A DNA stretch of 64,000 nt from a virus, in the IMG/VR virus record IMGVR_UViG_3300020429_000529, positions 1 through 64,000 of that record; one strand, given 5' to 3'. The notes beneath the pieces are model-generated. The model did no database searches. It worked only from the letters and a program-made list of their open reading frames with translations, and was not told the origin of the DNA. A program made the position numbers and the translations under genes. Positions 56,014 to 64,000 of this stretch are shown here, piece by piece (position 1 is the first letter of the stretch; each line of letters opens with the position of its first letter).

Positions 56014-56931
56014 ATGGCTTACAATCACAGGAAACTTTCGAAGAAGGCCGACGATACTCCCAAGCAGTACGAAGGCCAGCTTCAGGATTACAACGATGAC
56101 CTTGGCGAAACTGTTGAGGCCAGCCCAGAGTCCGTACAGGGGCTTCTTCGTTCTACAAGGGGCGAGGGACAGGGCGAGAACCTCGATGTTGTCACGGACA
56201 TCCAGTTGGACGAAGAGCGAGATAACGACGGCAAGACTGCCGAGACGATCGAGGCTCAGTTTGACAAGAGAAAGAGCTATCAGCCCCATAGAGACAGTCA
56301 GGCTGATGATGCTCCCATGATGCCCATCAATGCGCTGAGCGAAGGCTACGACCAAACTCATCGCAAGGCATTCAATGCCCGTCAGTCGAAGCTTGACTCT
56401 GAGAAGAGAGTTGTAGATAAGGACATCGGCAAGCAGCTTTCCGGGCCGAGGACCAAGCAGCCTCGTCAGGTTCCGACAAGCGGGACTCAGCTTGTGAACC
56501 ATCCCGATCGTCTTGCTTCTGGTAATCAGAAGAAGATGGCTCTTGCCGCCCTTAAGGATGCTGATGCTGTTCTGTTCTACCTTCATTACAAGGCGGCGAG
56601 CGAGAATCGTCCGCTGACAGAGAGGGAGAAGAAGATCGAATCTCAGATCGCAATTGATAAGAGAACGATTCTTTCGCAGTTCCAGGACCAAGACTTTGAC
56701 GAGCAGGGAAACCCTATTGCACAGCCAGCAGATCAGCAGGCCAATGCGGGAGCGGGCGTGCCCGAGAGCGTCATCATCGATGATCTTCTTGGAGATCAGT
56801 CAATCGCTGGCGACATGGGCCTCGGCGATATGGACATGATCGAGCAGGGAGATCCAAGGTTCAAGGATATTCATCACAGAGAGCAGGCTGAGATCGACGC
56901 AGAGCGTAATGGTTTCGAGTACCTCGACTAA
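56014..56931 (+). CDS. putative head/internal protein
   Basis: Directly after terL; starts MAYNHRKLSKKAD. Confidence 0.75.
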   Translation: MAYNHRKLSKKADDTPKQYEGQLQDYNDDLGETVEASPESVQGLLRSTRGEGQGENLDVVTDIQLDEERDNDGKTAETIEAQFDKRKSYQPHRDSQADDAPMMPINALSEGYDQTHRKAFNARQSKLDSEKRVVDKDIGKQLSGPRTKQPRQVPTSGTQLVNHPDRLASGNQKKMALAALKDADAVLFYLHYKAASENRPLTEREKKIESQIAIDKRTILSQFQDQDFDEQGNPIAQPADQQANAGAGVPESVIIDDLLGDQSIAGDMGLGDMDMIEQGDPRFKDIHHREQAEIDAERNGFEYLD

Positions 56932-57539
56932 TGGCATTCAACTATCGCCAGTTCAAGATGGCTCAGCAGAGGGGCCAGTATCCCTCTCACTCGCTGCCTG
57001 CAACGGACCGCGAGCGATGGTTGCGCCAAAAGGAAGACCCTTACGCCCCTCACAAGCCTGGCGATGGCAAGGGGCCAAAGCTAACTACACCTGGTAGCGA
57101 GGGCATGATGGGGCAGCCGCCCGATCCTGGCTTTCAGGCAGGAGGCAAAGAGCGAAAGGGCTACCCAACGGGCATTAGTCAGTTTGAAGATCCCGCAGAC
57201 AGCGAGAAGTTCCGAGTCGTACCTTCTGATTCAGATCCCGATGATCCATTCTCTGGTAAGTCAAGAGGAGAGGGCAAGGGAGAGTACGGCAAGGGTCAGG
57301 GTACTGATTACGGACAGGCCCTCCATGACGATCGCAATGTTCATACGGACGGCTATGAGAATCACACCCTCGGCATTGAGGAAACTGTAAAAAGAGATCT
57401 GGACGATGATAGAAGAGATCGCCCGCCAGCGATCACAACCATGCCCGCGCCCCCAGAGAATCCGTTTAATCGGAGATTGAAGAGAAATGGGCCGATGAGT
57501 TATGTAAGAGAGCGGTTGCGCGCCGCATCGAGGAGGTAA
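56931..57539 (+). CDS. putative head/internal protein with FNY/KxAQ leader, disordered
   Basis: MAFNYRQFKMAQQ; G/P/D-rich. Confidence 0.75.
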   Translation: MAFNYRQFKMAQQRGQYPSHSLPATDRERWLRQKEDPYAPHKPGDGKGPKLTTPGSEGMMGQPPDPGFQAGGKERKGYPTGISQFEDPADSEKFRVVPSDSDPDDPFSGKSRGEGKGEYGKGQGTDYGQALHDDRNVHTDGYENHTLGIEETVKRDLDDDRRDRPPAITTMPAPPENPFNRRLKRNGPMSYVRERLRAASRR

Positions 57540-57542
57540 CTG

Positions 57543-58274
57543 ATGAGAAGTTTCAAGATTAGAGTAACGGACAAGTGCAAGGGCGAACTGACCCTCAAGG
57601 CGACGAGGAAGGCGCTTCGACGCAACTGGGTATCAACGCTCACAGAAGAAGAGCTTGCTGATCCCGATACGCAGATCCACTTGCGAGCAGGTCGTATCGA
57701 GCTTCTGGATGATGAAAAGCCGATCGTTGAAGGGAAGTATTTCCGTTCGACTACGCATCGCATCCTTACGCTCGGCGGTCTCAACCGCATCATCAACCAG
57801 AACCAGACATTCTTTGTTAACGAGCCCGATCTCGATGATTCTCAGTTGAATGACTACATCGACAAGGGTTGGTTCATCGAAGTGACTGACGAAGAGGCTG
57901 CTCCGAAACCCAAGAAGTCGGCCTCCAAGAAGTCTTCAAAGAAGACCGCCAAGAAGACATCGAAGAAGGCAGCTTCCAAGAAGTCCAACGAGAAGTCTGC
58001 GGTCTCGAAGACCAAGGTTGTCAAGCAGGCCGCAAGCGAGGAAGAGCAGGATGAGGCGAACGTCCAGGCTCAGGCCGACTCGACGCCAGAAGGCATGTAT
58101 GTTCATGTTCCCGATGGCAGCGATGCTCCCGCCCCTCGCCGCACGCCCAAGAACGAGACGATTCTCGATCTCGATCTTGACGGACCCGATGATGATGGCC
58201 TGTCGTTCGTCGATCAGGAGCAGCGAGAAGAACGTAAGCTGCCCGTTGCTAAGGACAATGCGGAGGTGGAGTAA
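57543..58274 (+). CDS. hypothetical protein with histone-H1-like KKxSKK repeat
   Basis: GGAGG RBS; KKSASKKSSKKTAKKTSKKAASKK. Confidence 0.8.
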   Translation: MRSFKIRVTDKCKGELTLKATRKALRRNWVSTLTEEELADPDTQIHLRAGRIELLDDEKPIVEGKYFRSTTHRILTLGGLNRIINQNQTFFVNEPDLDDSQLNDYIDKGWFIEVTDEEAAPKPKKSASKKSSKKTAKKTSKKAASKKSNEKSAVSKTKVVKQAASEEEQDEANVQAQADSTPEGMYVHVPDGSDAPAPRRTPKNETILDLDLDGPDDDGLSFVDQEQREERKLPVAKDNAEVE

Positions 58275-58276
58275 GG

Positions 58277-59017
58277 TTGCTTGAGCTTCTTGAAAAAGAG
58301 CTTACGGTTCATCGTATCAAGCCCATCAGCAGGCACGTTTGCGTCTGCGACGGGACGAAGATGACCGTGCGCGAATGCAGCAAGAAGCATCGAAATTCCG
58401 CGCAACTGAATAAGAAGATCATCCTTCGCATGTGGGCGGAGCTATGCGAGCTTCTCAGAGATGAGGACATGGGCTCGCCAGATCCTAAGACTGCGAAGCT
58501 TTTTATTCCCGCGCTCCAAGGACTCTACAGGTTGTCTTGTTGTTTTCCTCAGCTTGAGCAGAACGGCACGGTATCCTGTCTCAAGGACGCCCTCAACAGA
58601 GATTCTGATTCGTTCTCAGGCAGAACGATGGGCAAGGTTGTTGAGTTCAAGCTCACAATCAACTGGCTCCATCATCTCATCAGACGAGACCTCTACATCT
58701 GCGCTCTGCTTGAGAAGTTCAGAGACGCAGCGAGAGGGCTCAAGGTAGAGGCCCGAGGAGTCGCAGGTCCCTGGGCTAACCTCGATCTTCCCATGTTGGA
58801 GAGAACATTCCCATGGGAGGATGTTGAGGAAGAGACTGCGGGTAGAGAAAAAGACAAGCGACACCAGCGTAGGTATGAGCTTGGTCTGGAAAACTATGGA
58901 GAAGGGGATACGACGCCGAACGAAGGCTTCTATTGGCGAGAGATCAGAAACGAACCCTATGCGTTCGATGATGAAGACGAGACGCTGTACCCTCACCGCA
59001 ACGTTCTTTGGAACTAA
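58277..59017 (+). CDS. hypothetical protein
   Basis: GGAG RBS, TTG start, in the structural operon. Confidence 0.7.
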   Translation: MLELLEKELTVHRIKPISRHVCVCDGTKMTVRECSKKHRNSAQLNKKIILRMWAELCELLRDEDMGSPDPKTAKLFIPALQGLYRLSCCFPQLEQNGTVSCLKDALNRDSDSFSGRTMGKVVEFKLTINWLHHLIRRDLYICALLEKFRDAARGLKVEARGVAGPWANLDLPMLERTFPWEDVEEETAGREKDKRHQRRYELGLENYGEGDTTPNEGFYWREIRNEPYAFDDEDETLYPHRNVLWN

Positions 59018-59026
59018 GGAACAGCA

Positions 59027-59443
59027 ATGGAACTCATCAAACAAGCACAACACTCTCTGTACGACTACCTCTTGAACATCATGCCCGAGTTGGGCGATGG
59101 CAACTTCAAGATCATCATACGAGAGAAGTCAGATCCCAACGCATCGAAGCTCTACAACCTCTGGCAAGACGCCGAGAGCAAGCTCTCCGAGAGACGCTTT
59201 CGTCGTCCTCCGACCATGAGCGAGACGGATGTCAAGGCTCTTGAGCGTAGCGGCTTCATCGAGATGCAGGGCAGTAATATGAAGATCACAAACAAGGGCG
59301 TCGTTGCGATTCGCAAGATGATTCTTGATGACGATTCGTTTGCTCTTGCCAAGTCTGCGGCTTCGCAGGGTATGAGGAAGGTTGCTTCGGTTCGTTCTCA
59401 TGGTTCGTCAAACTGGTATCAGAGATTAAAGAGTGCCAACTGA
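59027..59443 (+). CDS. winged-helix-like protein with C-terminal NWY/KxA tag
   Basis: VKALERSGFIE...KITNKG; ends RKVAS...SNWYQRLKSAN. Confidence 0.7.
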   Translation: MELIKQAQHSLYDYLLNIMPELGDGNFKIIIREKSDPNASKLYNLWQDAESKLSERRFRRPPTMSETDVKALERSGFIEMQGSNMKITNKGVVAIRKMILDDDSFALAKSAASQGMRKVASVRSHGSSNWYQRLKSAN

Positions 59444-59852
59444 GACTGTTTATCTTCAGATCGAGCCCAAGGCTGTTCGGGAGAAGGTTCTCATCGAGAG
59501 GCCTATTCGATGGTTTGATTCGGAATCGAAGCACATGTGGACGTTCTATGGAGGGCGTCTTGAGTTCGAGTTCAATCGAGAGCTAAAGCAGCTTGTTCCC
59601 AAGGTTGAGTGGGATGAGGAGAAGAAGCGTTGGAGAACCAAGAACGAGACATTCGAGACCAAGACGATCTTCAGAAGCAATCGCAAGGAGATCGAGGAAT
59701 GGATCAAGCAGTTCAAGACGGTCTTCGGGTTGGAGAAGAACGAAGAGGACACGGACACAAGGGTTGTTGCGGTCGATGTCGATCGTGTCCATGTTCGAAA
59801 CATGGAGATAGCTCTGGATCGTCATCAGATCAGGTATGAAATAGATGGATAA
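59433..59852 (+). CDS. hypothetical protein
   Basis: Operonic ORF. Confidence 0.7.
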   Translation: MPTETVYLQIEPKAVREKVLIERPIRWFDSESKHMWTFYGGRLEFEFNRELKQLVPKVEWDEEKKRWRTKNETFETKTIFRSNRKEIEEWIKQFKTVFGLEKNEEDTDTRVVAVDVDRVHVRNMEIALDRHQIRYEIDG

Positions 59853-60741
59853 GCTCTACGTCAAGATTGCGGATACCCCGAGCAAGCAGGCTCATGGTCT
59901 CATGTTCGTCAAGAAGATGGAGAACGATCATGGCATGCTGTTCGAGTTTGACCGCCCGCAGAGGCTTTCATTCTGGGGGCAGAACACGTTCATCCCTCTT
60001 GACATTGCGTTTTGCGATAGCGACGGAGTTATCAGGAAGATATCACACATACCTCCGCTGTCAGAAAAAATCGTTGCGAGCGAGTCTCCCTGCAAGTATG
60101 CGGTCGAAGCTAACTTTGGATACTTTGAAGGCATGAAGATCGAGCCTGGCGACAGGATGGTCATCAACAACAACGGCGATGGTTCATTTCTTACCTTTGA
60201 CAGCAAAAGAAGGAATTACGAAAGAAGCGCAAGTAGTTCCAAGGCAAGGCAGATTCTCGCGCAGCTTATGGGCGATCAGGCCGCATATGGGTTGCCTGAA
60301 GAGGAAGAAATAGTAGAAGACCAGAATTTGCCGACAATTAATGCTGAAGACATTGGGGCCTATCTTGAGGATGACCTTGAGGAGCCTCCGCCGCAAGAGA
60401 TCGAACCTCCCGAACCCGAAATGCCGGCGTCCGAGGAAGTTCAAGATGTTGAACAGCCGCCGCAGCCAGAGGAGATTCCTCAGTTCTCGAACGCTTTTGA
60501 TGCGTCAGAATGGGCAGAGGACAACAATCAGGTTATGAGGATCAACTACACGACGAAGCACGGAACAGGGTTGATCCGAGATGTAGAGCCGCATGGTCAG
60601 TTCCATGCAGATACCACAGGGAGACAGATCCTTGTAACGTTTGATAGGACGATCGGAGATATTCGGGCGTTCATCTTGAAAAACATTACGCAGTTTGCCT
60701 TTACGGGCGAGACATTCGAACCACGGTTCAAGCTGGTCTAA
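59845..60741 (+). CDS. DUF192 domain fused to a C-terminal WYL-like domain
   Basis: IADTP...GLMF...GMLFEF...FWGQNTFIPLDIAF (DUF192); RINYTTK.G...RDVEPH...FDRTIGDIRAFILKNI (WYL). Confidence 0.85.
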   Translation: MDKLYVKIADTPSKQAHGLMFVKKMENDHGMLFEFDRPQRLSFWGQNTFIPLDIAFCDSDGVIRKISHIPPLSEKIVASESPCKYAVEANFGYFEGMKIEPGDRMVINNNGDGSFLTFDSKRRNYERSASSSKARQILAQLMGDQAAYGLPEEEEIVEDQNLPTINAEDIGAYLEDDLEEPPPQEIEPPEPEMPASEEVQDVEQPPQPEEIPQFSNAFDASEWAEDNNQVMRINYTTKHGTGLIRDVEPHGQFHADTTGRQILVTFDRTIGDIRAFILKNITQFAFTGETFEPRFKLV

Positions 60742-60754
60742 GGAGCTTCGGCAT

Positions 60755-61996
60755 ATGGAAAATGTCATTGAACATCTGGTATCGATCGCAGGAGAGTTGG
60801 ACGAGCAAGGGCTCTCTGACTTCGCTGATCGTGTTGATGTAATCGCAGAAGATGTCCTTGACATCAAAACCGCTCAGTATGTCGGTTCTCAAGGATATTG
60901 GATTCGCAACACACGTTGCTGGTCAAACTGCTACCGTCAGAAGAGGGCATCAAACCCAAAGCAGGCCGCTCAAGAGATTTGGGCCGATTGTCACGAAGAG
61001 TATCTGAACTCGATCAACAATCCTGGCACCTCTTGGGATAAGTACGCCGGAAACGATAGCGACAAGCTTATCAAGTCGGCATCTGCTCGTCAGGAGCTTG
61101 ATACAAAGCTCGCCTCATCAATCGACAAGAAGGTTTCGAATGGTTCGGATCTTCGGGTTGCTATTGCAGAGGCTCTTGAGGAAGCAAAGTACGAGCATTT
61201 CAACCGACTCATTTCTGCCAGTAACAAGCTTCTTGATATGGCGGAATCCTCTTCAAACCTTGGTCTGAGCATCAAGCTTGGAAACGCCGCTGCGATGCTC
61301 ACAAGAGAAGCTCAGAGGGCATGGTACAACCCCGCTACTTGGGTTGACAAGGGCATTCGAGGCCTTGGAGACGCAAAGGATTGGGCGGGTCAGAAGGCCA
61401 CTGACATGCGAAATCAGGCCATCGAGCGAGGCGTTTCGGATCGAGAGCAGCGAGCTATTCGTAACCTGGATGACGCTGCTAAGATGCGGAACAAGCTTCA
61501 GGATCGAGGCGTAGCTCAGCCAGCGGCTCCCGCAGGCGCTCAGGGCGTCAACGTTGGTACGCAGCCCGCTGCTCCTGCCGCCGATCCTACGCAGACTGGT
61601 CAACCCGCTGCTCCTGCACAAACTGGTCAGCCAAATGCTCAGCCTGCAGGATCTACAATCTCTGGTCCTGGCGACAATGTAGGCGGAGAACTTTACACGC
61701 CGCCTGGCGGAGGACAGAATGCCCCTGCTCCTTCTTCTCAGGCTACAGAACCCGCTCAGAGCGGAGGCATCGATGACGGTCTTCAGCCCGCAGGAGGCGG
61801 AGCATTCGATGCGACCCAGGTTCAGGGTCATATCGATGAACAAGTAGAAAATCTTGCACGACAGCAAGTTCTGCTGCAGCAGCAGTTGGATGCGTTGTCG
61901 GGTATTATCGGAAAGGATCGAGCAACGAAGGCTATTGCCAAGGCTCGACAGGGACTCCAATCAGCCGAAACGCCCGCTGAGCAATCTGCAGGCTAA
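60755..61996 (+). CDS. putative internal virion protein with KxAQ sites and PAAPA-rich linker
   Basis: AAGGAG RBS; LVSIAGELDEQGL..FADRVD...IKTAQ; TREAQRAWYN. Confidence 0.75.
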   Translation: MENVIEHLVSIAGELDEQGLSDFADRVDVIAEDVLDIKTAQYVGSQGYWIRNTRCWSNCYRQKRASNPKQAAQEIWADCHEEYLNSINNPGTSWDKYAGNDSDKLIKSASARQELDTKLASSIDKKVSNGSDLRVAIAEALEEAKYEHFNRLISASNKLLDMAESSSNLGLSIKLGNAAAMLTREAQRAWYNPATWVDKGIRGLGDAKDWAGQKATDMRNQAIERGVSDREQRAIRNLDDAAKMRNKLQDRGVAQPAAPAGAQGVNVGTQPAAPAADPTQTGQPAAPAQTGQPNAQPAGSTISGPGDNVGGELYTPPGGGQNAPAPSSQATEPAQSGGIDDGLQPAGGGAFDATQVQGHIDEQVENLARQQVLLQQQLDALSGIIGKDRATKAIAKARQGLQSAETPAEQSAG

Positions 61997-62022
61997 AGGC
62001 AAAATAAAGAAGGAGTCGAAGA
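61995..62022 (+). promoter_or_regulatory. putative phage promoter
   Basis: AAAGGC-N16-CGAAGA upstream of 62082. Confidence 0.4.
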
Positions 62023-62081
62023 GAAAAGTAACAACACAGAGAGTACGGGCAAATCAGTCTCTCGACTAAGGAGCGAATAGA

Positions 62082-62867
62082 ATGAGATTCATCACAAACC
62101 GTATTCCCACCAACAAGTCGGGTAGTTTTTCCGATCTTGTCGAGAAGGTGGCGTCTGCAAACCGTCAGCAAGTCAAGACGGCATCGGCAGACAAGGATGT
62201 CAAGGCTGCTCAGACAACTGAGGCGGCGAATGACGACAACGAACTGCGTACAGACGTTCACCACGGCGAAGGTTCTGCCAACGATCAGAATGGCGAGCCC
62301 GAAGTTGATGGGGAAAACAAGACTGTCGATCCTGCTGGTCTGAAGGCTGCTTCTACTGAGGATGCGGACGAGGAAGCAAAGACGGCGAGCGACTCTGAAG
62401 AAGAGGAGATCACCGAGGCTGCTGCCGATGCCGATGATTCCGAAGAGGAAGAAGTCACCGAGGCAAGCGCCGAGGGCAAGACTAAGGTTGCGGAGTCTGA
62501 AGGCGATTCTGGTCCTGCAAAGGGCGAGGGCGCTGGAGATAGCAGCGAGGATCTTGAGGGCAAGAACGAAGGCCGTTTCCCTGAGCCAGATCGCGAAAGC
62601 GGCGAGTGCTACACGCAGGAAGCGGAAGAGGACGGCAAGGCTGATGTCGAGTCGAGCGTCAAGGCAGAGGTTCGCGAAGCCCTTGCTGCAGCGAAGCTCG
62701 GTAATGTCACGAAGCTTGCTAACTTGAGCGACGAAGGTCGTAAGCTTGCTCAGTCTACCTTTGAGAAGGTTGCCAACCTGAAGCCCAAGCAGAAGGCATG
62801 GCTGAAGAACTACTACCGCATGGTTTGGCCGGAAGAGTATTCCGACTCGCTTGTTCAGGACAAGTAA
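62082..62867 (+). CDS. acidic scaffold/core-like protein with many KxA sites
   Basis: KVAS, KTAS (x2), KAAQ, KAAS, KVAE, KLAN, KLAQ, KVAN; AAGGAG RBS. Confidence 0.75.
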   Translation: MRFITNRIPTNKSGSFSDLVEKVASANRQQVKTASADKDVKAAQTTEAANDDNELRTDVHHGEGSANDQNGEPEVDGENKTVDPAGLKAASTEDADEEAKTASDSEEEEITEAAADADDSEEEEVTEASAEGKTKVAESEGDSGPAKGEGAGDSSEDLEGKNEGRFPEPDRESGECYTQEAEEDGKADVESSVKAEVREALAAAKLGNVTKLANLSDEGRKLAQSTFEKVANLKPKQKAWLKNYYRMVWPEEYSDSLVQDK

Positions 62868-62889
62868 TCAACCAACCAAGGAGTTGCCC

Positions 62890-63609
62890 ATGATCGTCCC
62901 GAGCGGACAACGTAGACTGATGAAGCTACAGCAGACGGCTAACGTCATCGATGCTGATAGCGAAGCTACGCAGACAGAGGTCAGCACGGGATCGCCAGCC
63001 GGACCATCTGGACCGGCATTCGATTTTCAGGCGCTTCAAGAGCAGATGCAAGGCGGCGGAGGGCAGCAGCCCGCTGTTCCGAGTCAAGAAGATCTGCAGA
63101 GCGCTATGGATGGGATGCAGCACGGCGAAGCCGCTGATGTTGGCGTAAGCGAAGAGGGCGGAGAAACTGGTCCGGGAGGCGAAAGCATTCGCGACCACAT
63201 CTTTAGTCTTCTTGAGGGTCTCGGAGTTCCTCGCAGAGCGATTATGACGAATCCCGATTCGCTGTTTCAGGCGAAGAAGGATCTCGGAAGTAGCTCGGTA
63301 ACTGGTTTTTACATGTTGCCAAGCTATGTTCAAGATCGTCAGATTAATCAGAAGGAAGCCGAGGGTATTGCTGCCAAGATCGGACAGCAGTTTGGCCTTC
63401 AGCAGTCGATCTCTCACAAGGGCAATAACTTCAAGGTCGATTTCAAGACCATGGACGTAGCTCCAACAGGAAGCGGAAGTTCGTTCGATGAACTGTTGGG
63501 GCAGAAGGGCGGCCAGCAAAAGGCTGCTCAAACGCAATCAGAAATGATCCGAGAAGGACGTTCTCAGTTGGTTGAGACGCTTCTTAGGGTCAGTCGAGGA
63601 GAGAGCTAA
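62890..63609 (+). CDS. putative head-associated protein
   Basis: AAGGAG RBS; G/Q-rich; QKAAQ near the C-terminus. Confidence 0.7.
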   Translation: MIVPSGQRRLMKLQQTANVIDADSEATQTEVSTGSPAGPSGPAFDFQALQEQMQGGGGQQPAVPSQEDLQSAMDGMQHGEAADVGVSEEGGETGPGGESIRDHIFSLLEGLGVPRRAIMTNPDSLFQAKKDLGSSSVTGFYMLPSYVQDRQINQKEAEGIAAKIGQQFGLQQSISHKGNNFKVDFKTMDVAPTGSGSSFDELLGQKGGQQKAAQTQSEMIREGRSQLVETLLRVSRGES

Positions 63610-64000
63610 TGGGAAGGCTTCAGAAGGTACAGAATCAAACACAGGTCAGCATCTTCGAGGCCTTGCTCAATGAGCATGTCCCCGTGAAGGACCGCCAGCC
63701 CGAGATGAAGAAGGAATCTGCTCGTACCGCGGAGCGTCAGGCGAGAGCCGAGGCGAACCGAGAAGAGTGGGAAGTCCGTTCCGAATCTCCGAAGCTTCGT
63801 CACAGTAATCCCGCCGAGGTTGATCTTGCTCGCAGAGGCAACAGTATTCGCTCCGCCCGCTGCGCGTCTACAGGTATCACCAATGAAAGGGGTTCTGGTC
63901 GTTACGTCGGAAGCAGCAAGAACCAAACGCCCGTTTCGGCTCTTGATGCTGCGATTGAGAAGATGACCAAGCGAGAGGCTACAGCAGAAGAGAAGAGAGC
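63609..64000 (+). CDS. hypothetical protein, 3'-truncated
   Basis: TAATG coupling; MGRLQKVQNQTQVSIFEALL... open to the window end. Confidence 0.7.
   Translation, partial: MGRLQKVQNQTQVSIFEALLNEHVPVKDRQPEMKKESARTAERQARAEANREEWEVRSESPKLRHSNPAEVDLARRGNSIRSARCASTGITNERGSGRYVGSSKNQTPVSALDAAIEKMTKREATAEEKR

Noticed and set aside
57905-57985. DNA tandem repeat (AAGAAG units)
   Set aside because: Explained by the KKxSKK protein repeat, with synonymous variation between units.
1-64000. CRISPR array, reverse-transcriptase elements (DGR, retron) and integrase
   Set aside because: No regularly spaced repeats and no RT, Cas or recombinase motifs were seen by eye.
1-64000. Stop-codon reassignment as in some jumbo phages
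   Set aside because: Conserved genes are full length in code 11, and TAA, TAG and TGA all end genes at sensible positions.

Overview
This window is 64 kb of a large (jumbo-type) tailed-phage genome in the standard genetic code. The host is probably a planctomycete (Phycisphaerae-like). That is inferred from three secreted proteins with dockerin-like C-terminal tags, a TIGR03790-like protein and a FliA/WhiG-type sigma factor. Recognisable genes include an intein-containing terminase large subunit, NAD-dependent DNA ligase, ThyX, class II ribonucleotide reductase, dUTPase and a PurN-like formyltransferase. Also present are a DEDDh exonuclease, a GH24 lysozyme, macro, HNH and DHH proteins, an ArdC-like protein, an RlaP-type nucleotidyltransferase with a cyclic-phosphate receiver, several glycosyl-, pyruvyl- and methyltransferases, an M36 peptidase and one atypical tRNA. 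Three unexplained signals stand out. (1) A short shared peptide tag (M-x-W/F-N/Y...K/R-x-A-Q/S) occurs on about ten otherwise unrelated proteins scattered across the window; it may be a capsid-targeting and prohead-protease leader for packaged, injected cargo. (2) A bipartite promoter-like motif (RARGGR-N15-17-CGAATA) lies 7-9 nt before several of those genes, implying leaderless late mRNAs. (3) Two large, highly base-paired intergenic regions (about 25400-26065 and 32708-33078) look like structured ncRNAs. All family assignments were made by eye from motifs; no database searches were run.
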